Shown here piece after piece: positions 7,816 to 17,856 of a DNA stretch of 64,000 nucleotides. The position numbers and the translations under genes are program-made. The notes under the pieces are model-generated. The model had not been told where the DNA came from and ran no database searches. It saw only the letters and a list, made by a program, of their open reading frames with translations. Source of the stretch: an uncultured Lachnospiraceae bacterium (lineage in GTDB: Bacteria > Bacillota > Clostridia > Lachnospirales > Lachnospiraceae). The stretch lies in NCBI GenBank assembly GCA_947588005.1, contig CANPYE010000002.1, forward strand, positions 3,733-67,732, given 5' to 3'. Position 1 is the first letter of the stretch; each line of letters opens with the position of its first letter.

Positions 7816-10800
7816 TTATCTTCCGAATATTTTCCGGTACAGGCGGAATCTCCACCCGGCCATTACCAGTACGCCCGCCGCAACAAGCGCTATCATTGCC
7901 CTCTGCAGCCATTCACTGATGGCCTTAAACATTCTGATATACTGAATACCGCTGTTTCTGTTATACTGTCCGCCGGGCTGATGCGACGCGTCCGATGAAG
8001 ACTGTCCGCCGGAGGAATCTCCGTCACTATAAGCTTTCAAAGCTGCTTCCTTCTTCTCTTTCTGTTCTTTCTCCTCCTTCTCATTCTCAGAAGCGGCAGA
8101 GTTATTAACTGCCTTCAACGATCCTTTAACCATTTCCGGTGAATCTTCCGCCTTCTTCTGCGGCTTCGCCGCCGTATCCATCGGCGCTTCCTTCAGATTC
8201 GAGTTCTCCTCTTTCCGGTTTTTATCCGGTTTATGCACTTCTTCCGGCGCATTCTCGGGCTGTTCTTCTGATAGTTCATTCCCGGACTGGCCTTCCGATG
8301 GTGCATTCTCCGGTTGACCTTCCGACGGTGCGTTTTCCGGTTGGCCTTCCGACGGTGCATTCTCGGACTGGCTTTCTGACGATGCATTCTCGGACTGGCT
8401 TTCTGACGATGCATTCTCGGACTGGCTTTCTGACGATGCATTCTCAGGCTGCCCTTTCACAGCCGCATTCTCGGACTGGCTTTCTTCACTTACATTCGGC
8501 CCCTGGCCGCTGCCTTCAAAATGGTTTCCAGCTTCTTCGTTTAACTGCCTGCTGCCGCTGGATTTTTCGTGATTCGACGCGGGCTCATTGCTGTTATTCT
8601 GATTCTCGTCCTCTGTCTCGGACTGCTTGTTGTCTTCCGGTTTCTCCTTGCCTGACTCAGACTGTTCTTTGTTTTCCGGGTTCTCCTTGCCAGCCTCAGA
8701 CTGCTCTTTGTCTTCCGGATTCTCCCTGCCGGCTTCGGACTGTTCTTTATTCTCCTGATTCTCTCCGCCCGTTTCAGACTGCTCTTTGTCTTCCGGGTTC
8801 TCCTTGCCGGCCTCGGACTGTTCTTTATTCTCCTGATTCTCTCCGCCCGTTTCGGACTGCTCTTTGCCTTCCGGATTCTCCCTGCCGGCTTCGGACTGTT
8901 CTTTATTCTCCTGATTCTCTCCGCCTGTTTCGGATTGCTCTCCGCCTTTTTCCTTCGGCTGGTTCTCCTGCTCCTTATCAGGCTCCCTCTGGTCGTTGTC
9001 TTCCTGCGATGGTATTTCTTTCCAAATTGCACGGAAGAGCAAGTCTCCTACTGTTCCTCTTTCGATCACCACTTCCGTCTCATCGTGCTCTTTCTCGCTC
9101 TCCTTCTTAACTCTGATACCGTCTCCGAGCGCCCAGCCCACGAATACATACCCATCCTTTTCTGGATTCGCAAGCCGGATCTCATCCTCTACCGTATATT
9201 CCGACGGATTGAGATTCTCCCAACCGCTTCCCTCAAGCCCTTCATAGCTAATCCTGTACTTCTCGGGGACGAAGACGAATGTTACGGTATTCTCCGGTGC
9301 GCTGCCATCCTTTTCAGGATCCAGCGTGAAATACGGATGCGCGTCTCCATCCAGCTTATAGCCCTTTCCCGCCTGACTGCGGACGACCTCTGGATCCGCG
9401 TTGACCACGAAGCCGGCCCCCAAAACCGGCAGTCCGATTCTTTCCTCGATCACAGTGCCGTCCATGTATTGGTATACGACCCTGTAGGTCCGTCCCGTAA
9501 TCTTGGCATACTCGAAAATGATCTCGTTTGCGCCGGTTTTCAGTGTTACGGATTTGCTCAGTCCATCCGCAGCATACCCTTCAAAGCCCTTCGCTCTTAC
9601 GGTCACCTGCGTACCTGCAATTCCAAACCGGGTCTCCGGCTCTGCCAGTTTATCTCCGGATTCCTTATCGATGTAGCTCACAGTGTAATAGGAAACAACA
9701 GCCTCGCTTTCAGGTACATAAACAATAAGGATGATCTGCCCCGCGCCTTCCAGCACTTCATTGTGAATCTCCACCGCCACATAGCCTTCTATCTTTACGG
9801 GCTGGGCATCTGTCATTTCCCCGATCAGTCCATATCCCGCAGTTGTTTCAACCGCATCTTCTTCAGCGCCTTTCAGTACATGCTTTACACCATAGGCCAT
9901 TTCTTCCGCTGTCAGGGTCACCGTCACATTATAGACTTCTCCATCCTTTAGATTCTGTCCCTGCCCTGATACGACGCCATTCTCATATGTCAGTTTGAAC
10001 CCGGGCGCCGCGCTTACAGAGCCGACTGCATATCCCGCGTATTCTCCCGGGAGCGGGTAGAAGAAATCGTAAATGACATCTCCATCGTTCTCAGTACCCT
10101 CGACCGAAATCAGATCCACGCTGACCAGATCCTTATTCAATTTAACCATCACATTGACAGATACCTGCGGAATCCGGTCCATTACCGGTTCTTTCAGCAG
10201 GCCCTCGTAAACCGCGACAGTCGCGATCTGCGGCTCGTCTCCCTGCGGAGGCTCTCCCTGAGGCGCATCTCCCTGTACTGCACTCACCTGCGGGCCATTC
10301 CCTGACGGGGGGTTCTCCTGCAAGACATTGTCTGGCCGGGCACTTCTCCTGGGCGCACTTTTCCGTGGGAGCCCGGCCGCCCTTTTCTGCGGCTGGTTTT
10401 CTTCGCTTTTGTTCTCCGCAGCTTCGCTCTCTTTCTCCGCCCCAGGTACGGACTGGCTCTCCAGCTCCAACTCCGGCTGATTCCCTGCCTCAGGTGCGAG
10501 CTGGCTCTCCGGCTCGATCTCCGGCTGGTTTCCTTCGCCGCTATTCTCCGCCGTTTCGCGCCCTTTCTCTACCCCGCCGTTTTCTGCAGCTTCGCTCTCT
10601 TCCTCTTCCCCGCCGTTTTCTGTAGCTTCGCTTTCCTTCTCTGCTGCGCCGTCTTCCGCAGCTTCTCTTTCCTTCTCTGCTGCGCTGTCTTCCGCGGCTT
10701 TACTTTCCTTCTCTGCTCCGCCGTCTTCCGCGGCTTCGCTCTCTGCTGCCTCATCGCTGGCTTCTCCCCCACTGAATCCGTCATCAATGGATTCTCTCTG

Positions 10801-10959
10801 ATCATCGGAACCGGAACTGATCATGGTACCCTCAGATCCAGCTGCGTTTTCTGCCGCAAATACCATTCCTGCATTCGCCCCAATATGAGTGACTGCCATC
10901 ACCAACACCAACAAAAATACCATGAACCTCCGATAACCCTTTCCTGCTCTTTTTAACAT
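7816..10959 (-). CDS. Large cell-surface protein with MucBP-like and InlB B-repeat-like domains and acidic repeats
   Basis: Signal peptide; YTVSYID..G.KLA..AK.FEGY; NPSEYT..L.NP.KDGY.F.GW; 36-, 39- and 27-bp repeats; C-terminal TM and basic tail. Confidence 0.75.
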   Translation of the reverse strand: MLKRAGKGYRRFMVFLLVLVMAVTHIGANAGMVFAAENAAGSEGTMISSGSDDQRESIDDGFSGGEASDEAAESEAAEDGGAEKESKAAEDSAAEKEREAAEDGAAEKESEATENGGEEEESEAAENGGVEKGRETAENSGEGNQPEIEPESQLAPEAGNQPELELESQSVPGAEKESEAAENKSEENQPQKRAAGLPRKSAPRRSARPDNVLQENPPSGNGPQVSAVQGDAPQGEPPQGDEPQIATVAVYEGLLKEPVMDRIPQVSVNVMVKLNKDLVSVDLISVEGTENDGDVIYDFFYPLPGEYAGYAVGSVSAAPGFKLTYENGVVSGQGQNLKDGEVYNVTVTLTAEEMAYGVKHVLKGAEEDAVETTAGYGLIGEMTDAQPVKIEGYVAVEIHNEVLEGAGQIILIVYVPESEAVVSYYTVSYIDKESGDKLAEPETRFGIAGTQVTVRAKGFEGYAADGLSKSVTLKTGANEIIFEYAKITGRTYRVVYQYMDGTVIEERIGLPVLGAGFVVNADPEVVRSQAGKGYKLDGDAHPYFTLDPEKDGSAPENTVTFVFVPEKYRISYEGLEGSGWENLNPSEYTVEDEIRLANPEKDGYVFVGWALGDGIRVKKESEKEHDETEVVIERGTVGDLLFRAIWKEIPSQEDNDQREPDKEQENQPKEKGGEQSETGGENQENKEQSEAGRENPEGKEQSETGGENQENKEQSEAGKENPEDKEQSETGGENQENKEQSEAGRENPEDKEQSEAGKENPENKEQSESGKEKPEDNKQSETEDENQNNSNEPASNHEKSSGSRQLNEEAGNHFEGSGQGPNVSEESQSENAAVKGQPENASSESQSENASSESQSENASSESQSENAPSEGQPENAPSEGQPENAPSEGQSGNELSEEQPENAPEEVHKPDKNRKEENSNLKEAPMDTAAKPQKKAEDSPEMVKGSLKAVNNSAASENEKEEKEQKEKKEAALKAYSDGDSSGGQSSSDASHQPGGQYNRNSGIQYIRMFKAISEWLQRAMIALVAAGVLVMAGWRFRLYRKIFGR

Positions 10960-11109
10960 TTTTCTTCATCTCCTTTTTATTGAATTTTTGCCGTTCAGCT
11001 GAATCTGAACTATGTCTTCCCTTCCGGCAGCTTTATGTTATCACACATTTTTTCAGGGAGTTAGGTAGTTTCATGACTTAAAAATAGGACTATTTTGACA
11101 TTCCACGCC

Positions 11110-11148
11110 AAAAAAGCAGGCCATCCGGCAAAACCGGCGCCTGCTTTC
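11110..11148 (-). terminator. Intrinsic terminator after the CapA-family gene
   Basis: AAAGCAGGC...GCCTGCTTT hairpin with a U tract on the minus strand. Confidence 0.6.
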
Positions 11149-11183
11149 TGTGTATTTTCCATTATTCAATTATATCGCCTCTC

Positions 11184-12449
11184 CTATGGCCTCGCCTTCC
11201 CTGTGATTCCGGTATAAAGGTTCCACATCGCATCCTTGGAAAAACCAAGTCCCACCAGATTGTGCGCGGCTGCCAGCTCATCCGGATACTCATCCAGACG
11301 GTAAGTCGTAACCAAAGGCCCCTGCTGATGGGTCACCAGCGGAACCAGGTCGTAACCGGTTATTTCTATAGGAGCGCCGCCATTTCCGGTCTTTTTCACC
11401 GTAATATCCGCCATGCCGCCAAGCACGCGGGGAAGACGGTTCTGGGCCGACAGATAATTTCCAAGGCTGTAATAGACGAGCCCTGTGCGGCCCGCCGGAG
11501 TCGTCACCATGCCGAAAGGCTCCAGCACATGCGGGTGCGCGCACAGTACAATATCCGCGCCCAGATCGATAAAACGGTTCACCTGCTGCCGCTCATAAGC
11601 AGTCGGTGTGTATTCGTATTCATCGCCTACATGGAGAACCGCAATCAGCAGATCGCAGTTGGCCCTTGCTTCCCCCATGACCGCCTCGATGCCGCCGTCC
11701 GTCAGCAGATCCACACAATATTCACGGCCGCGGGGCTTCTTAAAGCCATTCAGTCCATATGTATAATTTACAAAACCGACGCGGATCCCATTGCTGGTAA
11801 GATAACGGATATCGCTGTCCTCCGCCGTATCATGAATCCCCAGATAACAGATATCCGGATAATGATTCTTCCAGAAATCGATCGTATTCTGGATCCCGCC
11901 ATATCCCCGGTCCATCGTGTGATTGTTGGCGTGAGCGACCACATCAAACCCGGCGGATACAATGGAATGGCCGATGCTTTCCGGCGTTCCGAAGCAGGGA
12001 AAATCCGCGAAATCGGCCGGATTGCTCACCATGATCGTTTCCTGATTGATGATCGCGATATCCGCTTCCTCGATATCCTTCTTCACATGTTCAAAGAGCT
12101 GGTCGAAATTAAAGCTGCCGTCAGCCTGCTGACAGTACCGGAAAATGCGCGCATGGATCAGATCGTCGCCCACCATGCGTATGACGATCTCGTCCTTTTC
12201 TCCGTAAGAACCCAGCGGGCCGGAAGCACCCGAAGAAGACGATCCCGCCGCCAAACCCGATGCATTTCCACTCTCCTGCCCCAGCGGACCAAGCGGGCCA
12301 TACGTCTGCTCCGAGGAACTTTCGTTTTCCGTTTCCAGCGATCCTAACGGTCCCTGCCCTGTCTCCGACGCAAAACTGACATTTCCCGAAAATCCCCCCA
12401 GTATCACAGCCAGCGCTAAACCAGCCGCCAATCCTTTCCCGAATCTCAT
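11184..12449 (-). CDS. CapA/PgsA-family secreted metallophosphoesterase
   Basis: GD..IH, INQET, ANNHTMDRG, LHVGDEY, HPHVL and YSLGN. Confidence 0.88.
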   Translation of the reverse strand: MRFGKGLAAGLALAVILGGFSGNVSFASETGQGPLGSLETENESSSEQTYGPLGPLGQESGNASGLAAGSSSSGASGPLGSYGEKDEIVIRMVGDDLIHARIFRYCQQADGSFNFDQLFEHVKKDIEEADIAIINQETIMVSNPADFADFPCFGTPESIGHSIVSAGFDVVAHANNHTMDRGYGGIQNTIDFWKNHYPDICYLGIHDTAEDSDIRYLTSNGIRVGFVNYTYGLNGFKKPRGREYCVDLLTDGGIEAVMGEARANCDLLIAVLHVGDEYEYTPTAYERQQVNRFIDLGADIVLCAHPHVLEPFGMVTTPAGRTGLVYYSLGNYLSAQNRLPRVLGGMADITVKKTGNGGAPIEITGYDLVPLVTHQQGPLVTTYRLDEYPDELAAAHNLVGLGFSKDAMWNLYTGITGKARP

Positions 12450-12509
12450 AGCGTTTTTGTCTCTCCTTATACGTTCTGTATTCCGGCTATTCCATCGGAT
12501 AAACGATCT

Positions 12510-12806
12510 TTACAGCAGCTGCAGCGCCAGCACCAGCGCGCAGCATCCCAGTGATACAATAAACAAACTCACTCTGTTATATGCCAGCACCATAGCGGCT
12601 GCGAAGCCCACCCACGCGATCCAGGTCTCGTCGGTGATCGAAAGGATCGCCGGAAATGTCATCACTGCCAGCGTCACATACGGCACATAGGTCAGAAACG
12701 ACCGGAACGTCCGGTTCGTGATCTCCTTTCGCAGAAGCGTCAAAGGTACTGCCCGGATAAAATAGGTCGTCAGCGCCATTACCAAAATATAAATGTAATT
12801 TCTCAT
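12510..12806 (-). CDS. azlD: AzlD branched-chain amino acid transport protein
   Basis: TY.IR.VP..FL.YVP; overlaps the azlC stop. Confidence 0.85.
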   Translation of the reverse strand: MRNYIYILVMALTTYFIRAVPLTLLRKEITNRTFRSFLTYVPYVTLAVMTFPAILSITDETWIAWVGFAAAMVLAYNRVSLFIVSLGCCALVLALQLL

Positions 12807-13735
12807 GACAGAGACGCCTCCTTTCCGTCCGCCGCGGTTCCCGCCGTTTCTCCGGTGTCCGCGAGCCCAGCCGTTTCTCCGATAACCGCAGTTCCAGCCG
12901 CTTCTCCGGCACCCGCGCTCCCAACCGCATCCCCGGCACCCGCGCTTCCTGCCGTTTTCCCGGCGTCCGCAAGCTTCGCCGCATCCCCGGCACCCGAAAT
13001 TCCAGCCGCTTTTTCACTTTCCGCGGTCTCCTCCCCGATCGGGAACAGCACCGCCGCTGCGAAGGAAATTACCAGCGTCAGGATAATGATCTTCATTCCC
13101 GACGAGATGAAATCGAACACCGGCAGCATCTGGAACACCGCGCTGGCACCCATGGAAATGAAAATGATCGGCAGCAGAATTTTATTGTCTCTGGCCGCCG
13201 GCATGAAGATCGCGATGAACATACCGTAAAGAGCCATATTCATTGCGTTCAGGATCGAGGGCGGCAGCATCCCCGTAGACAGGATCCCGAGAAGCGTCCC
13301 CAGCGTCCAGCCCGGTATCGCCACGCTCATGGCGCCGTACATATACCAGGGATCCAGCTTCCCCTTCTGGCCGACAGCCAGCCCGAATATCTCATCCGTG
13401 ATGCCAAAGGCCATGATCAGCCGGTGATAAAACGGCATTTGCTGATCCACCTTCTGGGACAGGGCGCAGGACATCAGGCAGTAACGCAGATTAATGACCG
13501 CCTGGGAGATCAAAAGCTCCAGATACGGCGCCCCCGCGGCAATGATCGCGAAGGACGCGAACTGCCCGGCGCTGGTCAGGTTGGTTAAGGACATGGTCGT
13601 GGCCTGCGCCGCCGTGAGATTCGCACCCCTGGCGGCAATGCCGATGGTGATGGATACCACAAAATATCCCAGCATAACAGGAATACCGTCCCGCATTCCC
13701 CTCATATATACATCGCGATGCATAATCCATTTCAC
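12803..13735 (-). CDS. azlC: AzlC-family permease with an Ala/Gly-rich C-terminal extension
   Basis: G.RDGIP..LGY, SAGQF, INLRY and TDE.F. Confidence 0.88.
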   Translation of the reverse strand: MKWIMHRDVYMRGMRDGIPVMLGYFVVSITIGIAARGANLTAAQATTMSLTNLTSAGQFASFAIIAAGAPYLELLISQAVINLRYCLMSCALSQKVDQQMPFYHRLIMAFGITDEIFGLAVGQKGKLDPWYMYGAMSVAIPGWTLGTLLGILSTGMLPPSILNAMNMALYGMFIAIFMPAARDNKILLPIIFISMGASAVFQMLPVFDFISSGMKIIILTLVISFAAAVLFPIGEETAESEKAAGISGAGDAAKLADAGKTAGSAGAGDAVGSAGAGEAAGTAVIGETAGLADTGETAGTAADGKEASLS

Positions 13736-13776
13736 TCCCGTTTCTTATGTTTCTTTCTCCGGGCGCCGACAGGGAA

Positions 13777-13806
13777 ACGCGCACCGTGCCGAAACGCGGT
13801 GCGCGA
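13777..13806. terminator. GC-rich hairpin terminator after the PPIase gene
   Basis: CGCGCACCG...CGGTGCGCG with T-rich flanks. Confidence 0.55.
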
Positions 13807-13868
13807 TCTTTTCTTTTCGTACTTTGCCAGCCGGTCTGCAGCGTCCGCCTGCCATTCCGCGCAGCGGC

Positions 13869-14894
13869 CTATTCAGCCACGGCATTGGCGACCAGAAAAT
13901 CCAGGACCTTATCCATCAGAATATAGGACTCGATCATATCGGCTCCGGCGTCCTGCTCCATCGCTTCCACCGTCTCATAGCCGAACTCCTCAGCCAGCGC
14001 CTCGCGGTCCGCGTCCTCCGCCGTGATGTTCTCCTCCGCCGCAATGGCTCTGGCCACCGTTTCCTGCTTCACAGCTTCCTCGGCCTGCGATCTCAGCTGC
14101 GTTTCAAAGGCCGCCAGATCCATACCGTAATAGCCGACCATGGTCTCCAGATCGATGCCGAAGGCCTCCGCCTGCTTCTTATAGGTATCGTACAGATCCT
14201 CATAGTAGGCCTGTACATCCTTCTCGCTGACATTGATCTCGGCATTATCCATGACCTTCATAAAAATGTCATACTGCATCTGGCTCTCCGCCTGGGACTG
14301 GGCGTATTCCTCCAGCTGCCTGCGGGTACCCTCCATAAATTCATCCACGGTGGTATATTCGGTGTAGCTGGTAAGGAAGTCTTCGTTCAGCTCCGCCGGA
14401 CTCGATTCCTTTACGTCATTGACTGTCACTTCAAATACGACAGCCTTACCGGCCATATCCGGATTATTCGTATATGGGTCCGGGAAGGTCAGATCCAGAT
14501 CCAGCTTGTCTCCCTTGGACGCGCCTACCAGACCATCCTCGAAACCGTCGATGAACATGCCGGACCCCAACTCCAGATCCGTACCGGAAGCGGTACCGCC
14601 GTCAAACGCCTCGCCGTCCAGCTTGCCCACATAATCAATATTCACCGTATCGCCCAGCTTAGCGGCCCGGTCTACGGACGTCATCGTCGGGTGTGCGTCC
14701 AGAAGGCTCTGGACTTCGGCGTCCACATCCTCATCCGTCACTTCGGTAGACGCGGGCGTATATGTAATTCCTTTATATTCGCCCAGCTTCACCGTCGAAG
14801 ACGACTCAGCGGCGTCTTCCTCCTGCTTCGAGCAGCCGGTCACCATGGCCGCGGCTAAAATCCCGCATAAACAGACACATAAAAATTTCTTCAT
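13869..14894 (-). CDS. Trigger-factor-like FKBP PPIase lipoprotein
   Basis: Lipobox VTGC; GDTVNIDY.G..DGEAFDGG, LGSG.FI.GFE and FP.PY...AGK..VF; no ribosome-binding N-domain. Confidence 0.85.
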   Translation of the reverse strand: MKKFLCVCLCGILAAAMVTGCSKQEEDAAESSSTVKLGEYKGITYTPASTEVTDEDVDAEVQSLLDAHPTMTSVDRAAKLGDTVNIDYVGKLDGEAFDGGTASGTDLELGSGMFIDGFEDGLVGASKGDKLDLDLTFPDPYTNNPDMAGKAVVFEVTVNDVKESSPAELNEDFLTSYTEYTTVDEFMEGTRRQLEEYAQSQAESQMQYDIFMKVMDNAEINVSEKDVQAYYEDLYDTYKKQAEAFGIDLETMVGYYGMDLAAFETQLRSQAEEAVKQETVARAIAAEENITAEDADREALAEEFGYETVEAMEQDAGADMIESYILMDKVLDFLVANAVAE

Positions 14895-14985
14895 ATCATT
14901 TCCCTTTTCTTCCTATCAGTTAAATGCCGCAAGATTTTTTAATTATACTATATCAGCGCTTTAAAGAAAAGCATTTATTGCAAAT

Positions 14986-16389
14986 TTACAAAATCGTAAA
15001 TTTTCCATCGTTATAAAACGCTGAGAAAGCCTTGTATGTATTGTAGACATCCAGCTTGGACGACAGCTCGAACGGCGCGTGCATACTGAGAATCGGAACG
15101 CCCAGATCCACCACGTCCACATTCAGCCTGGAAATGAATTTGGCAATGGTTCCGCCGCCGCCCGCATCCACGGCCCCGATCTCGCCTACCTGCCAGAACA
15201 CGCCGGCCTTCTCCATAATGCCGATCACCTTCGCCATATACTCTGCGCTGGCGTCATTGGCGCCGCTCTTGCCGCGGGAGCCGGTAAACTTGGTCAGAAC
15301 GCAGCCCTTATTCAGATAGCAAGTATTCCGGGCCTCGTACACACTGGCAAAGGTAGGATCGTACGCCGCGTTCACGTCCGCGGACAGACAGCAGGAGTTG
15401 GCAAATACGGTCTTCGGATTGGCGCCCTCCATCTCCGCCAGGTACGTCACATAATCCTGGAAATACGAGGCGTTCATGCCGGTATTGCCCTCGGAGCCGA
15501 TCTCCTCCTTATCCGTCAGCACCGTGACCGTCGTATGAAGCGGAGCCGCTGTCGCGATCTCCGCCATCAGCGCGGTATAGCCGCAGACGCGGTCATCCTG
15601 GCCGTAAGCGCCGATCATGCTGTGGTCGAAGCCCACGTCCGCCGCTTTCCCGGCCGGTACGAATTCGACCTCGGCGCGGGCGAAATCTTCCTCCACGACG
15701 CCGTATTTCTCATGAAGCAGCTGCAGAACCTTAAGCTTCACCGGTTCCTTGATTTCTTCATCCTCATACGGAAGGGATCCGATCACGATGTTCAGCTCCT
15801 CGCCCTTAATTCCGTCCTTCAGCTTCCTCTCGTTCTGCTCCGCCGACAGATGGGGCAGCAGGTCCGTGATGCAGAATACCGGATCGCCGGGATTCTCGCC
15901 GATATTAAATTCCACCGTCTGGCCATCCTTCTTTATCATAACGCCGTGCATAGCCAGCGGGATCGTTGCCCACTGGTATTTGCGGATGCCGCCGTAATAG
16001 TGGGTCTTAAACAACGCCAGTCCATCTTTCTCGTAAAGCGGGTTGGCTTTCAGATCCAGACGCGGCGAGTCGATGTGCGCGCCATTGATCCGGACGCCTT
16101 CCTCGATGGGTCTTGTCCCGAATGTGGTCGCCAGGATCGATTTGCCGCGGTTGACCTTATAAACCTTATCGCCGGGCCTGTATGATTTCTTCTCGTCGAA
16201 CACGGCATACCCCGCCGCTTCCAGCAGCTTTACGGCGGCATTCACACATTCGCGCTCCGTCTTTCCGTGATCCAGAAACTCTTTATATCCCTCGCAGAAC
16301 GCGGCGGCTTCCCGAACCTGCTCCGGAGCCTTCGCCGCGATATGCGGAATCTTCCATGTCAGCTGTTCCTGCAATTCTTTTCCGGTCAT
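14986..16389 (-). CDS. M18 family aminopeptidase
   Basis: AHIDSPRLDLK, YYGG, GQDDR, DKEEIGS and SMHAP. Confidence 0.92.
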   Translation of the reverse strand: MTGKELQEQLTWKIPHIAAKAPEQVREAAAFCEGYKEFLDHGKTERECVNAAVKLLEAAGYAVFDEKKSYRPGDKVYKVNRGKSILATTFGTRPIEEGVRINGAHIDSPRLDLKANPLYEKDGLALFKTHYYGGIRKYQWATIPLAMHGVMIKKDGQTVEFNIGENPGDPVFCITDLLPHLSAEQNERKLKDGIKGEELNIVIGSLPYEDEEIKEPVKLKVLQLLHEKYGVVEEDFARAEVEFVPAGKAADVGFDHSMIGAYGQDDRVCGYTALMAEIATAAPLHTTVTVLTDKEEIGSEGNTGMNASYFQDYVTYLAEMEGANPKTVFANSCCLSADVNAAYDPTFASVYEARNTCYLNKGCVLTKFTGSRGKSGANDASAEYMAKVIGIMEKAGVFWQVGEIGAVDAGGGGTIAKFISRLNVDVVDLGVPILSMHAPFELSSKLDVYNTYKAFSAFYNDGKFTIL

Positions 16390-16483
16390 TTCTGTTCTCT
16401 CCTCTTTCTGTCCGCAGGCGTTGCGGCGCCCGCGGAACCATGGTTCTCCCAGTTTCCTTTTCTTTTGTAAGCGGCGCCCGCGG

Positions 16484-16939
16484 TCAGCGTATCCCCAGCT
16501 CTTTACTGTCAAGCACCAGCGTAAACGGCCCGTCATTGACCAGCTTCACTTCCATATCCGCGCCGAACACGCCATGCTCCACCTTGCTCACATAACCGCG
16601 GCAGCGTTCGATCACATGCTCATAGATCTGATTCGCCCAGTCCGGCGATCCGGCCCCTGTAAAGCCCGGCCGGTTGCCTTTGCGGCAGTCCGCAAAGAGC
16701 GTAAACTGGCTGACTACCAGCAGCTCTCCGCCCACGTCCGCCAGGGACAGGTTCGTCTTGCCGTTCTCATCGGCAAAGATCCGCAGACGGCAGATCTTGT
16801 CCGTCATCCTGTCGGCGGTCTCCATCGTGTCCTCGTCGGAAGCGCCCACCAGCAGAAGGAAGCCGCGGCCGATCGCGCCTACGACCGCTCCATCTATGGA
16901 AACGCTGGCTTCGGTTACTCTTTGAAGCACTACTTTCAT
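16484..16939 (-). CDS. dtd: D-aminoacyl-tRNA deacylase
   Basis: VLQRV, SQFTL, KGNRP and FGA.M.V.L.NDGP.T. Confidence 0.97.
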   Translation of the reverse strand: MKVVLQRVTEASVSIDGAVVGAIGRGFLLLVGASDEDTMETADRMTDKICRLRIFADENGKTNLSLADVGGELLVVSQFTLFADCRKGNRPGFTGAGSPDWANQIYEHVIERCRGYVSKVEHGVFGADMEVKLVNDGPFTLVLDSKELGIR

Positions 16940-17085
16940 CGCTTAGTCCGTATCCTCCCTGCGCGTTCCATCTCCGCGCCATATTGAAATACCGCCGCGG
17001 AACTTATTTATTTCCCCGCATAATCAGGCGGCCCGGCTGAAACCTTCCGGACCGCCTGCCTGTGCTTATTCTCCGGCCATGCCTT

Positions 17086-17820
17086 TCAGGCAGATGCTTC
17101 CGCCTCTCCGGCCAGGGCCCCGCCGTCAGGCTGTTCCCCGCCTTCCGTGCGGGACGCCGTTTCATTCTCCGTCTTTCGTTTCTCCTCCTGCGCGTTCCAC
17201 TGAAGGATCGCTTCATTCAAAGAATACATCTTCGCGTCCAGCATATCCACCACGTCGGCGCATGCCTTCAGCTCCTTCTGGAGAAACTCCGGCGCGTCGC
17301 CGCCCAGCTTATAGTACATCTTATGTTCCAGACTGGCCCAGAAATCCATAGCCACCGTCCGAATCTGGATCTCTACCTTCGTCTCCACCGGCCCCTCGGT
17401 CAGATAAACCGGGATCGTCACCACCATATGGTAGCTCTTATAGCCGTTGGGCTTCGGATTCTTAATGTAATCCTTCACATACAGGACCGTAATGTCGGCC
17501 TGACGCGAGATCATATCCGCGATCTGGTAGATATCCGATGTAAATGAGCAGATGATCCTGACGCCGGCAACGTCGTTCAGCTTCTCCGTCATGTTGAAGG
17601 TATTCACCTCGCAGCCCATGCGTTTCAGCTTCTTGACGATGCTCTCCGGCGTCTTGAGCCGGGATTTCACATGCTCGATGGGATTATAATTGTATATGTG
17701 TACGAATTCGCTGTTCAGCACCTCGATCTTCACATTCATCTGCTTCAGCGCAGAGTTGTAAATGAACATCAGCGAATTCCACTGGTCGATCTGGTCATAG
17801 GTCTTGGGGATATAGGTCAT
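17086..17820 (-). CDS. Small alarmone synthetase (RelP/RelQ-like GTP pyrophosphokinase)
   Basis: NPIEHVKSRLK, D.AG.R, KDYI..PK.NGYKSYH and EIQIRT.AMDFWASLEH. Confidence 0.92.
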   Translation of the reverse strand: MTYIPKTYDQIDQWNSLMFIYNSALKQMNVKIEVLNSEFVHIYNYNPIEHVKSRLKTPESIVKKLKRMGCEVNTFNMTEKLNDVAGVRIICSFTSDIYQIADMISRQADITVLYVKDYIKNPKPNGYKSYHMVVTIPVYLTEGPVETKVEIQIRTVAMDFWASLEHKMYYKLGGDAPEFLQKELKACADVVDMLDAKMYSLNEAILQWNAQEEKRKTENETASRTEGGEQPDGGALAGEAEASA

Positions 17821-17856
17821 GCGTATCCCTCCTCATTCGATATAATCGTACTATCG

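Noticed and set aside
10960-11100. Possible c-di-GMP riboswitch upstream of the surface protein
   Set aside because: Only a small GTTCAG..CTGAAC hairpin is present; the class I and class II consensus elements were not found.
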